Assembly (NCBI GenBank): GCA_964016885.1 | Contig: OZ024740.1 | Span: forward strand, 32,302,001-32,366,000 | DNA: 64,000 nucleotides | Source: Eledone cirrhosa | Taxonomy: Eukaryota | Direction of reading: 5' to 3' | Part shown: piece after piece, positions 43,526-56,391 of the stretch | Layout of the letters: the number at the start of each line of letters is the position of its first letter | How positions within the stretch are numbered: position 1 is the first letter of the stretch | The notes under the pieces: model-generated | Seen by the model: only the letters and a program-made list of their open reading frames with translations | Databases searched by the model: none | What the model was told of the DNA's origin: nothing | Program-made: the position numbers and the translations under genes

Positions 43526-46500
43526 GTGATATGAAGATATAGTAATGTTGTGTTTATTAGTGATATAATAGACATGAAGACATAGTAAAGTTGTGTTTAT
43601 TAGTGTTATAATAGAGATATGAAGACATAAAGTTGTTTATTAGTGATATAATAGACATATGAACACTTAGTAAAGTTGTGTTTATTAGTGTTATAATAGA
43701 CATATGAAGACGCAAAGTTGTTTATTAATGATATAATAGACATATGAAGACATAGTAAAGTTGTGTTTATTAGTGATATAATAGACATATGAAAACATAG
43801 TAAAGTTGTTTATTAGTGATATAATAGACATATGAAGACATAGTAAAGTTGTGTTTATTAGTGTTATAATAGAGATATGAAGACGTAAAGTTGTTTATTA
43901 GTGATATAATAGACATATGAAGACATAGTAAAGTTGTTTATTAGTGATATAATAGATATAGGAAGACATAGTAAAGTTGTTTATTAGTGCTATAATAGAC
44001 ATATGAAGACGTAAAGTTGTTTATTAGTGATGTAATAGACATATGAACACATAGTAAAGTTGTTTATTAGTGATATAATAGACATAAGAAGACGTAGTAA
44101 AGTTGTGTTTATTAGTGTTATAATAGACATATGAACACATAGTAAAGTTGTTTATTAGTGCTATAATAGACATGAAGACATAGTAAAGTTGTGTTTATTA
44201 GTGATATAATAGACATATGAAGACATAGTAAAGTTGTGTTTATTAATGATATAATAGACATATGAAGACATAGTAAAGTTGTTTATTAGTGATATAATAG
44301 ACATATGAAGACTTAGTAAAGTTGTGTTTATTAGTGTTATAATAGACATATGAAGACTGAGTAAAGTTGTTTATTAGTGATATAATAGACATGTGATGAC
44401 ATAGTAAAGTTGTTTATTAGTGTTATAATAGACATATGAAGACGTAGTAGAGTTGTTTATTAGTGATATAATAGATATAGGAAGACATAGTAAAGTTGTT
44501 TATTAGTGTTATAATAGACATATGAAGACATAGTTAAGTTGTGTTTATTAGTGCTATAATAGACATATGAAGACATAGTAATGTCGTGTTTATTAGTGAT
44601 ATAATAGACATATGAAGACGTAGTAAAGTTGTTTATTAGTGATATAATAGACATATGAAGACGTAGTAAAGTTGTTTATTAGTGATATAATAGACATGAA
44701 GACATAGTAAAGTTGTTTATTAGTGCTATAATAGACATATGAAGACATAGTAAAGTTGTGTTTATTAGTGATATAAAAGACATATGGAGACATAGTAAAG
44801 TTGTTTATTAGTGATATAATAGACATATGAAGACATAGTAAAGTTGTTTATTAGTGATATAATAGACATATGAATACATAGTAAAGTTGTTTATTAGTGA
44901 TATAATATATATATAGGAAGACATAGGAAACTTGTTTATTAATGATATAATAGACATATGAAGACATAGTAAAGTTGTGTTTATTAGTGATATAATAGAC
45001 ATATGAAGAAAGTAAAGTTGTTTATTGGTGATATAATAGACATATGAACACATAGTAAAGTTGTTTATTAGTGATATAATATATATAGGAAGACATAGGA
45101 AAGTTGTTTATTACTGATATAATAGACATGTGAAGATATAGTAAAGTTGTTTATTAGTGTTATAATAGACATATGAAGACGTAGTAAAGTTGTTTATTAG
45201 TGTTATAATAGATATAGGAAGACATAGTAAAGTTGTTTATTAGTGCTATAATAGACATATGAACACATAGTAAAGTTGTTTATTAGTGCTATAATAGACA
45301 TATGAAGACATAGTAAAGTTGTGTTTATTAATGATATAATAGACATATGTAGACATAGTAAGGTTGTTTATTAGTGCTATAATAGTTATAGGAAGACATA
45401 GGAAAGTTGTTTATTAGTGTTATAATAGTTATAGGAAGACATAGTAAAGTTGTTTATTAGTGATATAATAGACATGAAGACATAGTAAAGTTGTTTATTA
45501 GTGCTATAATAGATATAGGAACACATAGTAAAGTTGTTTATTAGTGATATAATAGTTATAGGAAGACATAGGAAAGTTGTTTATTAGTGATATAATAGAC
45601 ATGTGAAGACATTGTAAAGTTGTTTATTAATGTTATAATACACATATGAACACATAGTAAAGTTGTTTATTATTGATATAATAGATATAGGAAGACATAG
45701 TAAAGTTGTTTATTAGTGATATAATAGACATGTGAAGACATAGTAAAGTTGTTTATTAGTGCTATAATAGACATATGAAGACATAGTAAAGTTGTTTATT
45801 TATGCTATAATAGACATATGAAGACAGTAAAGTTGTTTATTAGTGCTATAATAGACATATGAAGACGTAAAGTTGTTTATTAGTGATATAATAGACATAT
45901 GAAGACATAGGAAAGTTGTTTATTAGTGCTATAATAGACATATGAACACATAGTAAAGTTGTTTATTAGTGATATAATATATATATGAAAACATAGTAAA
46001 GTTCTTTATTAGTGATATAATATATATATGAAGACATAGTAAAGTTGTTTATTAGTGATATAATATATATAGGAAGACAGGAAAGTTGTTTATTAGTGAT
46101 ATAATAGACATATGAAGACATAGTAAAGTTTATTAGTGATATAATAGACATGTGAAGACATAGTAAAGTTGTTTATTAGTGATATAATAGATATAGGAAG
46201 ACATAGGACAGTTGTTTATTAGTGATATAATAGACATATGAAGACATAGTAAAGTTGTTTATTAGTGATATAATAGATATAGGAAGACATAGGAAAGTTG
46301 TGTTTATTAATGATATAATAGACATATGAAGACATAGTAAAGTTGTTTATTAGTGCTATAATAGACATATGAAGACATAGTAAAGTTGTTTATTAGTGAT
46401 ATAATAGACATGTGAAGACATAGTAAAGTTGTTTATTAGTGCTATAATTGACATATGAAGACGTAGTAAAGTTGTTTATTAGTGCTATTATAGACATGAA

Positions 46501-48115
46501 GACATAGTAAAGTTGTGTTTGTTAATGATATAATAGACATATGAAGACATAGTAAAGTTGTGTTTATTAATGATATGAAGACATAGTAAAGTTGTTTATT
46601 AGTGATATAATAGACATATGAAGACTTAGTAAAGTTGTGTTTATTAGTGTTATAATAGACATATGAAGACATAGTAAAGTTGTTTATTAGTGATATAATA
46701 GATATAGGAAGACATAGTAAAGTTGTTTATTAGTGTTATAATAGACATATGAAGACATAGTAAAGTTGTTTATTAGTGCTATATTAGACATATGAAGACA
46801 TAGTAAAGTTGTTTTTATTAGTGATATAATAGACATATGAAGACATAGTAAAGTTGTTTATTAGTGATATAATATATATATAGGAAGACATAGGAAAGTT
46901 GTTTATTAATGATATAATAGACATATGAAGACATAGTAAAGTTGTGTTTGTTAATGATATAATAGACATATGAAGACATAGTAAAGTTGTGTTTATTAAT
47001 GATATAATAGACATATGAAGACATAGTAAAGTTGTTTATTAGTGATATAATAGACATATGAAGACTTAGTAAAGTTGTGTTTATTAGTGTTATAATAGAC
47101 ATATGAAGACATAGTTAAGTTGTGTTTATTAGTGCTATAATAGACATATGAAGACATAGTAAAGTTGTTTATTAGTGCCATAATAGACATATGAACACAT
47201 AGTAAAGTTGTTTATTAGTGATATAATATATATATGAACACATAGTAAAGTTGTTTATTAGTGATATAATAGACATATGAAGACATAGTAAAGTTGTTTA
47301 TTAGTGATATAATAGACATATGAAGACATAGTAAAGTTGTTTATTAGTGATATAATAGACATATGAAGACATAGTAAAGTTGTTTATTAGTGATATAATA
47401 GACATATGAAGACATAGTAAAGTTGTTTATTAGTGATATAATAGACATATGAAGACTTAGTAAAGTTGTGTTTATTAGTGATATAATAGACATATGAACA
47501 CAGTAAAGTTGTTTATTAGTGATATAATAGACATATGAAGACATAGTAAAGTTGTTTATTAGTGATATAATAGTTATAGGAAGACATAGTAAAGTTGTTT
47601 ATTAGTGATATAATAGATATAGGAAGACATAGTAAAGTTGTTTATTAGTGATATAATAGATATAGGAAGACATAGGACAGTTGTTTATTAGTGATATAAT
47701 AGTTATAGGAAGACATAGTAAAGTTGTTTATTAGTGATATAATAGACATATGAAGACATAGTAAAGTTGTTTATTAGTGCTATAATAGATATAGGAACAC
47801 ATAGTAAAGTTGTTTATTAGTGTTGTAATAGACATATGAAGACATAGTAAAGTTCTTTATTAGTTCTATAATAGACATATGAAGACGTAGTAAAGTTGTG
47901 TTTATTAGTGTTATAATAGACATATGAAGATATAGTAAAGTTGTTTATTAATGATATAATAGACATATGAAGACATAGTAAAGTTGTTTATTAGTGCTAT
48001 AATAGACATATGAAGACATAGTAAAGTTGTTTATTAGTGATATAATAGACATATGAAGACATAGTAAGGTTGTTTATTAGTGATATAATATATATAGGAA
48101 GACATAGTAAAGTTG

Positions 48116-49067
48116 TTTACTATGTTTTCATGTCTATTATAGCACTAATAAACAACTTTACTATGTCTTCATATGTCTATTATATCATTAATAAACACAA
48201 CTTTACTACGTCTTCATGTCTATTATATCACTAATAAACACAACTTTACTATGTCTTCATATGTCTATTATAGCACTAATAAACAACTTTACTATGTCTT
48301 CATATGTCTATTATAACACTAATAAACAACTTTACTATGTCTTCCTATATCTATTATATCACTAATAAACAACTTTACTATGTATTCATGTCTATTATAG
48401 CACTAATAAACAACTTTACTACGTCTTCACATGTCTATTATATCACTAATAAACAACTTTACTATGTATTCATGTCTATTATAGCACTAATAAACAACTT
48501 TACTACGTCTCCATGTCTATTATATCACTAATAAACACAACTTTACTATGTCTTCATATGTCTATTATATCACTAATAAACAACTCTACTACGTCTTCAT
48601 ATGTCTATTATAACACTAATAAACACAACTTTACTAAGTGTTCATATGTCTATTATATCACTAATAAACAACTTTTCTATGTCTTCATATGTCTATTATA
48701 TCACTAATAAACAACTTTACTATGTCTTCACATGTCTATTATATCACTAATAAACAACTTTACTATGTCTTCATATGTCTATTATATCACTAATAAACAC
48801 AACTTTACTCAGTCTTCATATGTCTATTATAACACTAATAAACACAACTTTACTATGTCTTCATGTCTATTATAGCACTAATAAACAACTTTACTATGTA
48901 TTCATGTCTATTATAGCACTAATAAACAACTTTACTACGTCTTCACATGTCTATTATATCACTAATAAACAACTTTCCTATGTCTTCCTATATCTATTAT
49001 ATCACTAATAAACAACTTTACTATGTGTTCATATGTCTATTATAGCACTAATAAACAACTTTCCTAT
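48116..49067 (-). repeat. Inverted satellite block, about 22 monomers in reverse orientation
   Basis: The sequence switches to the reverse complement (AACAACTTTACTATGTCTTCATATGTCTATTATATCACTAATA) at ...AGTTG[TTTA]CTATG and switches back at ...ACTTTC[CTAT]AATAG. The only + strand ORFs in the track (48304-49008) lie here. Confidence 0.98.
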
Positions 49068-49140
49068 AATAGACATATGAACACATAGTAAAGTTGTTTA
49101 TTAGTGATATAATAGATATAGGAAGACATAGGAAAGTTGT
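48969..49140. repeat. Perfect 77-bp inverted repeat (48969-49045 / 49064-49140) with an 18-bp spacer, spanning the right inversion junction
   Basis: The arms were compared base by base. Both carry the same non-consensus variants (CTATAAT, GAACAC, GATATAGGAAGACATAGGAAAG). Confidence 0.9.
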
Positions 49141-52100
49141 GTTTATTAGTGCTATAATAGACATATGAAGACTGAGTAAAGTTGTGTTTATTAGTGCTAT
49201 AATAGACATATGAACAGATAGTAAACTTGTTTTTTAGTGCTATAATGGACATATGAACACCTAGTAAAGTTGTTTATTAGTGATATAATAGACATATGAA
49301 CACTTAGTAAAGTTGTGTTTATTAGTGTTATAATAGACATATGAAGACTTAGTAAAGTTGTTTATTAGTGCTATAATAGACATATGAAGACGTAGTAGAG
49401 TTATTTATTAGTGATATAATAGACATATGAACACTTAGTAAAGTTGTTTATTAGTGATATAATAGACATATGAAGACGTAGTAAAGTTGTGTTTATTAAT
49501 GCTATAATGGACATATGAACACCTAGTAAAGTTGTTTATTATTGATATAATAGACATATGTAGACATAGTAAGGTTGTTTATTAGTGCTATAACAGACAT
49601 ATGAAGACGTAGTAAAGTTGTGTTTATTAGTGATATAATAGACATATGTGAGCCATGGTAAAGTTGTTTATTAGTGATATAATAGACATGAAGACATAGT
49701 AAAGTTGTTTATTAGTGATATGATAGATATAGGAAGACATAGTAAAGTTGTTTATTAGTGTTATAATAGACATATGAAGACGTAGTAAAGTTGTGTTTAT
49801 TAGTGATATAATAGACATATGAAGACATAGTAAAGTTGTTTATTAGTGCTATAATAGACATATGAAGACAGTAAAGTTGTTTATTAGTGATATAATAGAC
49901 ATATGAAGACATAGTAAAGTTGTTTATTAGTGATGTAATAGACATATGAACACTTAATAAAGTTGTGTTTATTAGTGTTATAATAGACATATAAAGACGT
50001 AGTAAAGTTGTTTATTAGTGATATAATAGACATATGAAGACATAGTAAAGTTGTTTATTAGTGATATAATAGACATATGAACACTTAGTAAAGTTGTGTT
50101 TATTAGTGTTATAATAGACATATGAAGACGTAGTAGAGTTGTTTAGTAGTGAAATAATACACATGTGAAGACATAGTAAAGTTGTTTATTAGTGATATAA
50201 TAGACATGTGAAGACATAGTAAAGTTGTTTATTAGTGATATAATAGACATGTGAAGACATAGTAAAGTTGTTTATTAGTGATATAATAGACATAGGAAGA
50301 CGTAGTAAAGTTGTGTTTATTAGTGATATAATAGATATATGAAGACATAGTAAAGTTGTTTATTAGTGATATAATAGATATAGGAAGACATAGTAAAGTT
50401 GTTTATTAGTGATATAATAGACATGAAGACATAGTAAAGTTGTTTATTAGTGATATAATAGATATAGGAAGACATAGTAAAGTTGTTTATTAGTGATATA
50501 ATAGACATGTGAAGACATAGTAAAGTTGTTAATTTATGCTATAATAGACACATGAAGACATAGTGAAGTTGTTTATTAGTGATATAATGTATATTGGAAG
50601 ACATAGGAAAGTTGTTTATTAGTGTTATAATAGACATATGAAGACATAGTAAAGTTGTTTATTAGTGATATAATAGACATGGAGACATAGTAAAGTTGTT
50701 TATTAGTGTTATAATAGATATAGGAAGACATAGTAAAGTTGTTTATTAGTGCTGTAATAGACATATGAACACATAGTAAAGTTGTTTATTAGTGATATAA
50801 TATATATAGGAAGACATAGTAAAGTTGTTTATTAGTGATATAATAGACATATGAACACTTAGTAAAGTTGTGTTTGATAGTGTTATAATAGACATATGAA
50901 GACGTAGTAGAGTTGTTTATTAGTGATATAATACACATATGAACACATAGTAAAGTTGTTTATTAGTGATATAATAGATATAGGAAGACATAGTAAAGTT
51001 GTTTATTAGTGTTATAATAGACTTATGAAGACATAGTAAAGTTGTTTATTAGTGATATAATAGACATATGAAGACATAGTAAAGTTGTGTTTATTAGTGA
51101 TATAATAGACATATGAAGACATAGTAAAGTTGTGTTTATTAGTGTTATAATAGATATAGGAAGACATAGTAAAGTTGTTTATTAGTGCTATAATAGACAT
51201 ATGAACACATAGTAAAGTTGTTTATTAGTGATATAATAGACATATGAAGACATAGTAAAGTTGTTTAATAGTGATATAATAGACATGTGAAGACATAGTA
51301 ACGTTGTTTATTAGTGATATAATAGACATGTGAAGACATAGTAAAGTTGTTTATTAGTGATATAATAGACATGTGAAGACATAGTAAAGTTGTTAATTTA
51401 TGCTATAATAGACACATGAAGACATAGTGAAGTTGTTTATTAGTGATATAATAGACATGTGAAGACATTGTAAAGTTGTTTATTAGTGTTATAATAGACA
51501 TGAAGACATAGTAAAGATGTGTTTATTAGTGTTATAATAGACATATGAAGACATAGTAAAGTTGTTTATTAGTGATATAATAGACATATGAAGATATAGT
51601 AAAGTTGTTTATTAGTGTTATAATAGACATATGAAGACATAGTAAAGTTGTGTTTATTAGTGATATAATAGACATATGAACACATGGTAAAGTTGTTTAT
51701 TAGTGTTATAATAGACATATGAAGACATAGTAAAGTTGTTTATTAGTGATATAATAGACATATGAACACTTAATAAAGTTGTGTTTATTAGTGTTATAAT
51801 AGGCATATGAAGACATAGTAAAGTTGTTTATTAGTGATATAATATACATATGAAGATGTAGTAAAGTTGTGTTTATTAGTGATATAATAGACATATGAAC
51901 ACTTAATAAAGTTGTGTTTATTAGTGTTATAATAGACATATGAAGACATAGTAAAGTTGTTTATTAGTGATATAATAGACATATGAAAACATAGTAAAGT
52001 TGTTTATTAGTAATATAATAGACATGTGAAGACATAGTAAAGTTGTTTATTAGTGATATAATAGACATGTGCAGACATAGTAAAGTTGTTTATTAGTGAT

Positions 52101-52470
52101 ATGATAGACATAGGAAGACATAGTAAAGTTGTGTTTATTAGTGATATAATAGATATATGAAGACATAGTAAAGTTGTTTATTAGTGCTATAATAGACATA
52201 TGAACACATAGTAAAGTTATTTATTAGTGATATAATATATATAGGAAGACATAGTAAAGTTGTTTATTAGTGATATAATAGACATATGAAGACATAGTAA
52301 AGTTGTTTATTAGTGCTATAATAGACATATGAAGAGTGAGTAAAGTTGTGTTTATTAGTGATATAATAGACATATGAAGATAGTAAATTTGTTTATTAGT
52401 GCTATAATAGACATATGAAGTCGTGGTAAAGTTGTTTATTAGTGATATAATAGACATATGAAGACATAGT

Positions 52471-52498
52471 CTAACCCATGCTAGCGTGGAAGATGGAC
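52471..52498. other. 28-bp non-satellite insert, copy 5
   Basis: Identical sequence and flanks to copy 1. Confidence 0.95.
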
Positions 52499-55400
52499 GT
52501 GATATGAAGATATAGTAATGTTGTGTTTATTAGTGATATAATAGACATGAAGACATAGTAAAGTTGTGTTTATTAGTGTTATAATAGAGATATGAAGACA
52601 TAAAGTTGTTTATTAGTGATATAATAGACATATGAACACTTAGTAAAGTTGTGTTTATTAGTGTTATAATAGACATATGAAGACGCAAAGTTGTTTATTA
52701 ATGATATAATAGACATATGAAGACATAGTAAAGTTGTGTTTATTAGTGATATAATAGACATATGAAAACATAGTAAAGTTGTTTATTAGTGATATAATAG
52801 ACATATGAAGACATAGTAAAGTTGTGTTTATTAGTGTTATAATAGAGATATGAAGACGTAAAGTTGTTTATTAGTGATATAATAGACATATGAAGACATA
52901 GTAAAGTTGTTTATTAGTGATATAATAGATATAGGAAGACATAGTAAAGTTGTTTATTAGTGCTATAATAGACATATGAAGACGTAAAGTTGTTTATTAG
53001 TGATGTAATAGACATATGAACACATAGTAAAGTTGTTTATTAGTGATATAATAGACATAAGAAGACGTAGTAAAGTTGTGTTTATTAGTGTTATAATAGA
53101 CATATGAACACATAGTAAAGTTGTTTATTAGTGCTATAATAGACATGAAGACATAGTAAAGTTGTGTTTATTAGTGATATAATAGACATATGAAGACATA
53201 GTAAAGTTGTGTTTATTAGTGATATAATAGACATATGAAGACATAGTAAAGTTGTGTTTATTAGTGATATAATAGACATGAAGACATAGTAAAGTTGAGT
53301 TTATTAGTGTTATAATAGACATGAAGACATAGTAAAGTTGAGTTTATTAGTGATATAATAGACATATGAAGACATAGTAAAGTTGTTTATTAGTGATATA
53401 ATAGACATATGAACACTTAATAAAGTTGTGTTTATTAGTGTTATAATAGACATATGAAGACATAGTAAAGTTGTTTATTAGTGATATAATAGACATATGA
53501 AGACATAGTAAAGTTGTTTATTAGTGTTATAATAGACATATGAAGACATAGTAAAGTTGTTTATTAGTGATATAATAGACATATGAAGACGTAGTAAAGT
53601 TGTTTATTTGTGATATAATAGACATATGTGAGCCATGGTAAAGTTGTTTATTAGTGATATAATAGACATGAAGACATAGTAAAGTTGTTTATTAGTGATA
53701 TGATAGATATAGGAAGACATAGTAAAGTTGTTTATTAGTGTTATAATAAACATATGAAGACGTAGTAAAGTTGTGTTTATTAGTGATATAATAGACATAT
53801 GAAGACATAGTAAAGTTGTTTATTAGTGATATAATAGACATATGAAGACATAGTAAAGTTGTTTATTAGTGTTATAATAGATATAGGAAGACATAAAGTT
53901 GTTTATTAGTGCTATAATAGACATATGAACACATAGTAAAGTTGTTTATTAGTGCTATAATAGACATATGAAGACAGTAAAGTTGTTTATTAGTGATATA
54001 ATAGACATATGAAGACATAGTAAAGTTGTTTATTAGTGATGTAATAGACATGAACACTTAGTAAAGTTGTGTTTATTAGTGATATAATAGACATATGAAC
54101 ACATAGTAAAGTTGTTTATTAGTGATATAATAGACATATGAACACATAGTAAAGTTGTTTATTAGTGATATAATAGACATATGAACACATAGTAAAGTTG
54201 TTTATTAGTGTTATAATAGACATATGAACACATAGTAAAGTTGTTTATTAGTGATATAATAGACATATGAAGACATAGTAAAGTTGTTTATTAGTGATAT
54301 AATAGACATATGAACACTTAGTAAAGTTGTGTTTATTAGTGTTATAATAGACATATGAAGACGTAGTAGAGTTGTTTATTAGTGATATAATGGACATATG
54401 AACACATAGTAAAGTTGTTTATTAGTGTTATAATAGACATATGAAGACATAGTAAAGTTGTTTATTAGTGATATAATAGACATATGAAGACATAGTAAAG
54501 TTGTTTATTAGTGATATAATAGTTATAGGAAGACATAGTAAAGTTGTTTATTAGTGATATAATAGACATGTGAAGACATAGTAAAGTTGTTTATTAGTGA
54601 TATAATAGATATAGGAAGACATAGGAAAGTTGTTTATTAGTGCTATAATAGACATATGAACACATAGTAAAGTTGTGTTTATTAGTGTTATAATAGACAT
54701 ATGAAGACATAGTAATGTTGTGTTTATTAGTGATATAATAGACATATGAAGACGTAGTAAAGTTGTTTATTAGTGATATAATAGACATGAAGACATAGTA
54801 AAGTTGTTTATTAGTGCTATAATAGACATATGAAGACATAGTAAAGTTGTGTTTATTAGTGATATAATAGACATATGAAGACATAGTAAAGTTGTTTATT
54901 AGTGCCATAATAGACATATGAACACATAGTAAAGTTGTTTATTAGTGATATAATAGACATATGAACACATAGTAAAGTTGTTTATTAGTGTTATAATAGA
55001 CATATGGAGACATAGTAAAGTTGTTTATTAGTGATATAATAGACATATGAAGACATAGTAAAGTTGTGTTTATTAATGATATAATAGACATATGAAGACA
55101 TAGTAAGGTTGTTTATTAGTGATATAATGTATATAGGAAGACGTAGTAAAGTTGTTTATTAGTGATATAATAGACATGTGAAGACTGAGTAAAGTTGTGT
55201 TTATTAGTGATATAATAGACATATGAAGACGTAGTAAAGTTGTGTTTATTAATGATATAATAGACATATGAAGACATAGTAAAGTTGTTTATTAGTGCTA
55301 TAATAGACATATGAACACCTAGTAAAGTTGTTTATTATTGATATAATAGACATATGTAGACATAGTAAGGTTGTTTATTAGTGCTATAACAGACATATGA

Positions 55401-56363
55401 AGACGTAGTAAAGTTGTGTTTATTAGTGATATAATAGACATATGAAGACGTAGTAAAGTTGTTTATTAGTGATATAATAGACATGAAGACATAGTAAAGT
55501 TGTTTATTAGTGATATAATAGACATATGAAGACATAGTAAAGTTGTTTATTAGTGATATAATAGACATATGAACACTTAGTAAAATTGTGTTTATTAGTG
55601 TTATAATAGACATATGAAGACGTAGTAGAGTTGTTTATTAGTGATATGATAGACATATGAAGACGTAGTAAAGTTGTGTTTATTAATGATATAATAGACA
55701 TATGAAGACATAGTAAAGTTGTTTATTAGTGCTATAATAGACATATGAACACCTAGTAAAGTTGTTTATTATTGATATAATAGACATATGTAGACATAGT
55801 AAGGTTGTTTATTAGTGCTATAACAGACATATGAAGACGTAGTAAAGTTGTGTTTATTAGTGATATAATAGACATATGAAGATGTAGTAAAGTTGTTTAT
55901 TAGTAATATAATAGACATGTGAAGACATAGTAAAGTTGTTTATTAGTGATATAATAGACATGTGCAGACATAGTAAAGTTGTTTATTAGTGATATGATAG
56001 ACATAGGAAGACATAGTAAAGTTGTGTTTATTAGTGATATAATAGATATATGAAGACATAGTAAAGTTGTTTATTAGTGCTATAATAGACATATGAACAC
56101 ATAGTAAAGTTATTTATTAGTGATATAATATATATAGGAAGACATAGTAAAGTTGTTTATTAGTGATATAATAGACATATGAAGACATAGTAAAGTTGTT
56201 TATTAGTGCTATAATAGACATATGAAGAGTGAGTAAAGTTGTGTTTATTAGTGATATAATAGACATATGAAGATAGTAAATTTGTTTATTAGTGCTATAA
56301 TAGACATATGAAGTCGTGGTAAAGTTGTTTATTAGTGAGATAATAGACATATGAAGACATAGT

Positions 56364-56391
56364 CTAACCCATGCTAGCGTGGAAGATGGAC
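56364..56391. other. 28-bp non-satellite insert, copy 6
   Basis: Identical insert. The upstream monomer carries a GTGAGATAAT variant shared with copy 7. Confidence 0.95.

Larger units (their letters stand above)
27120..47280 (+). repeat. Super-HOR: tandem duplication, 2 x 10,068 bp (5451 + 4617)
   Basis: Constant offset of 10068 for ORF pairs 27214/37282, 31009/41077, 36374/46442 and 36928/46996, and for inserts 27979/38047 and 33430/43498. Confidence 0.92.

Noticed and set aside
48102-48130. Hairpin followed by Ts as a rho-independent terminator
   Set aside because: The AT-rich stem is a by-product of the inversion junction and there is no upstream gene.
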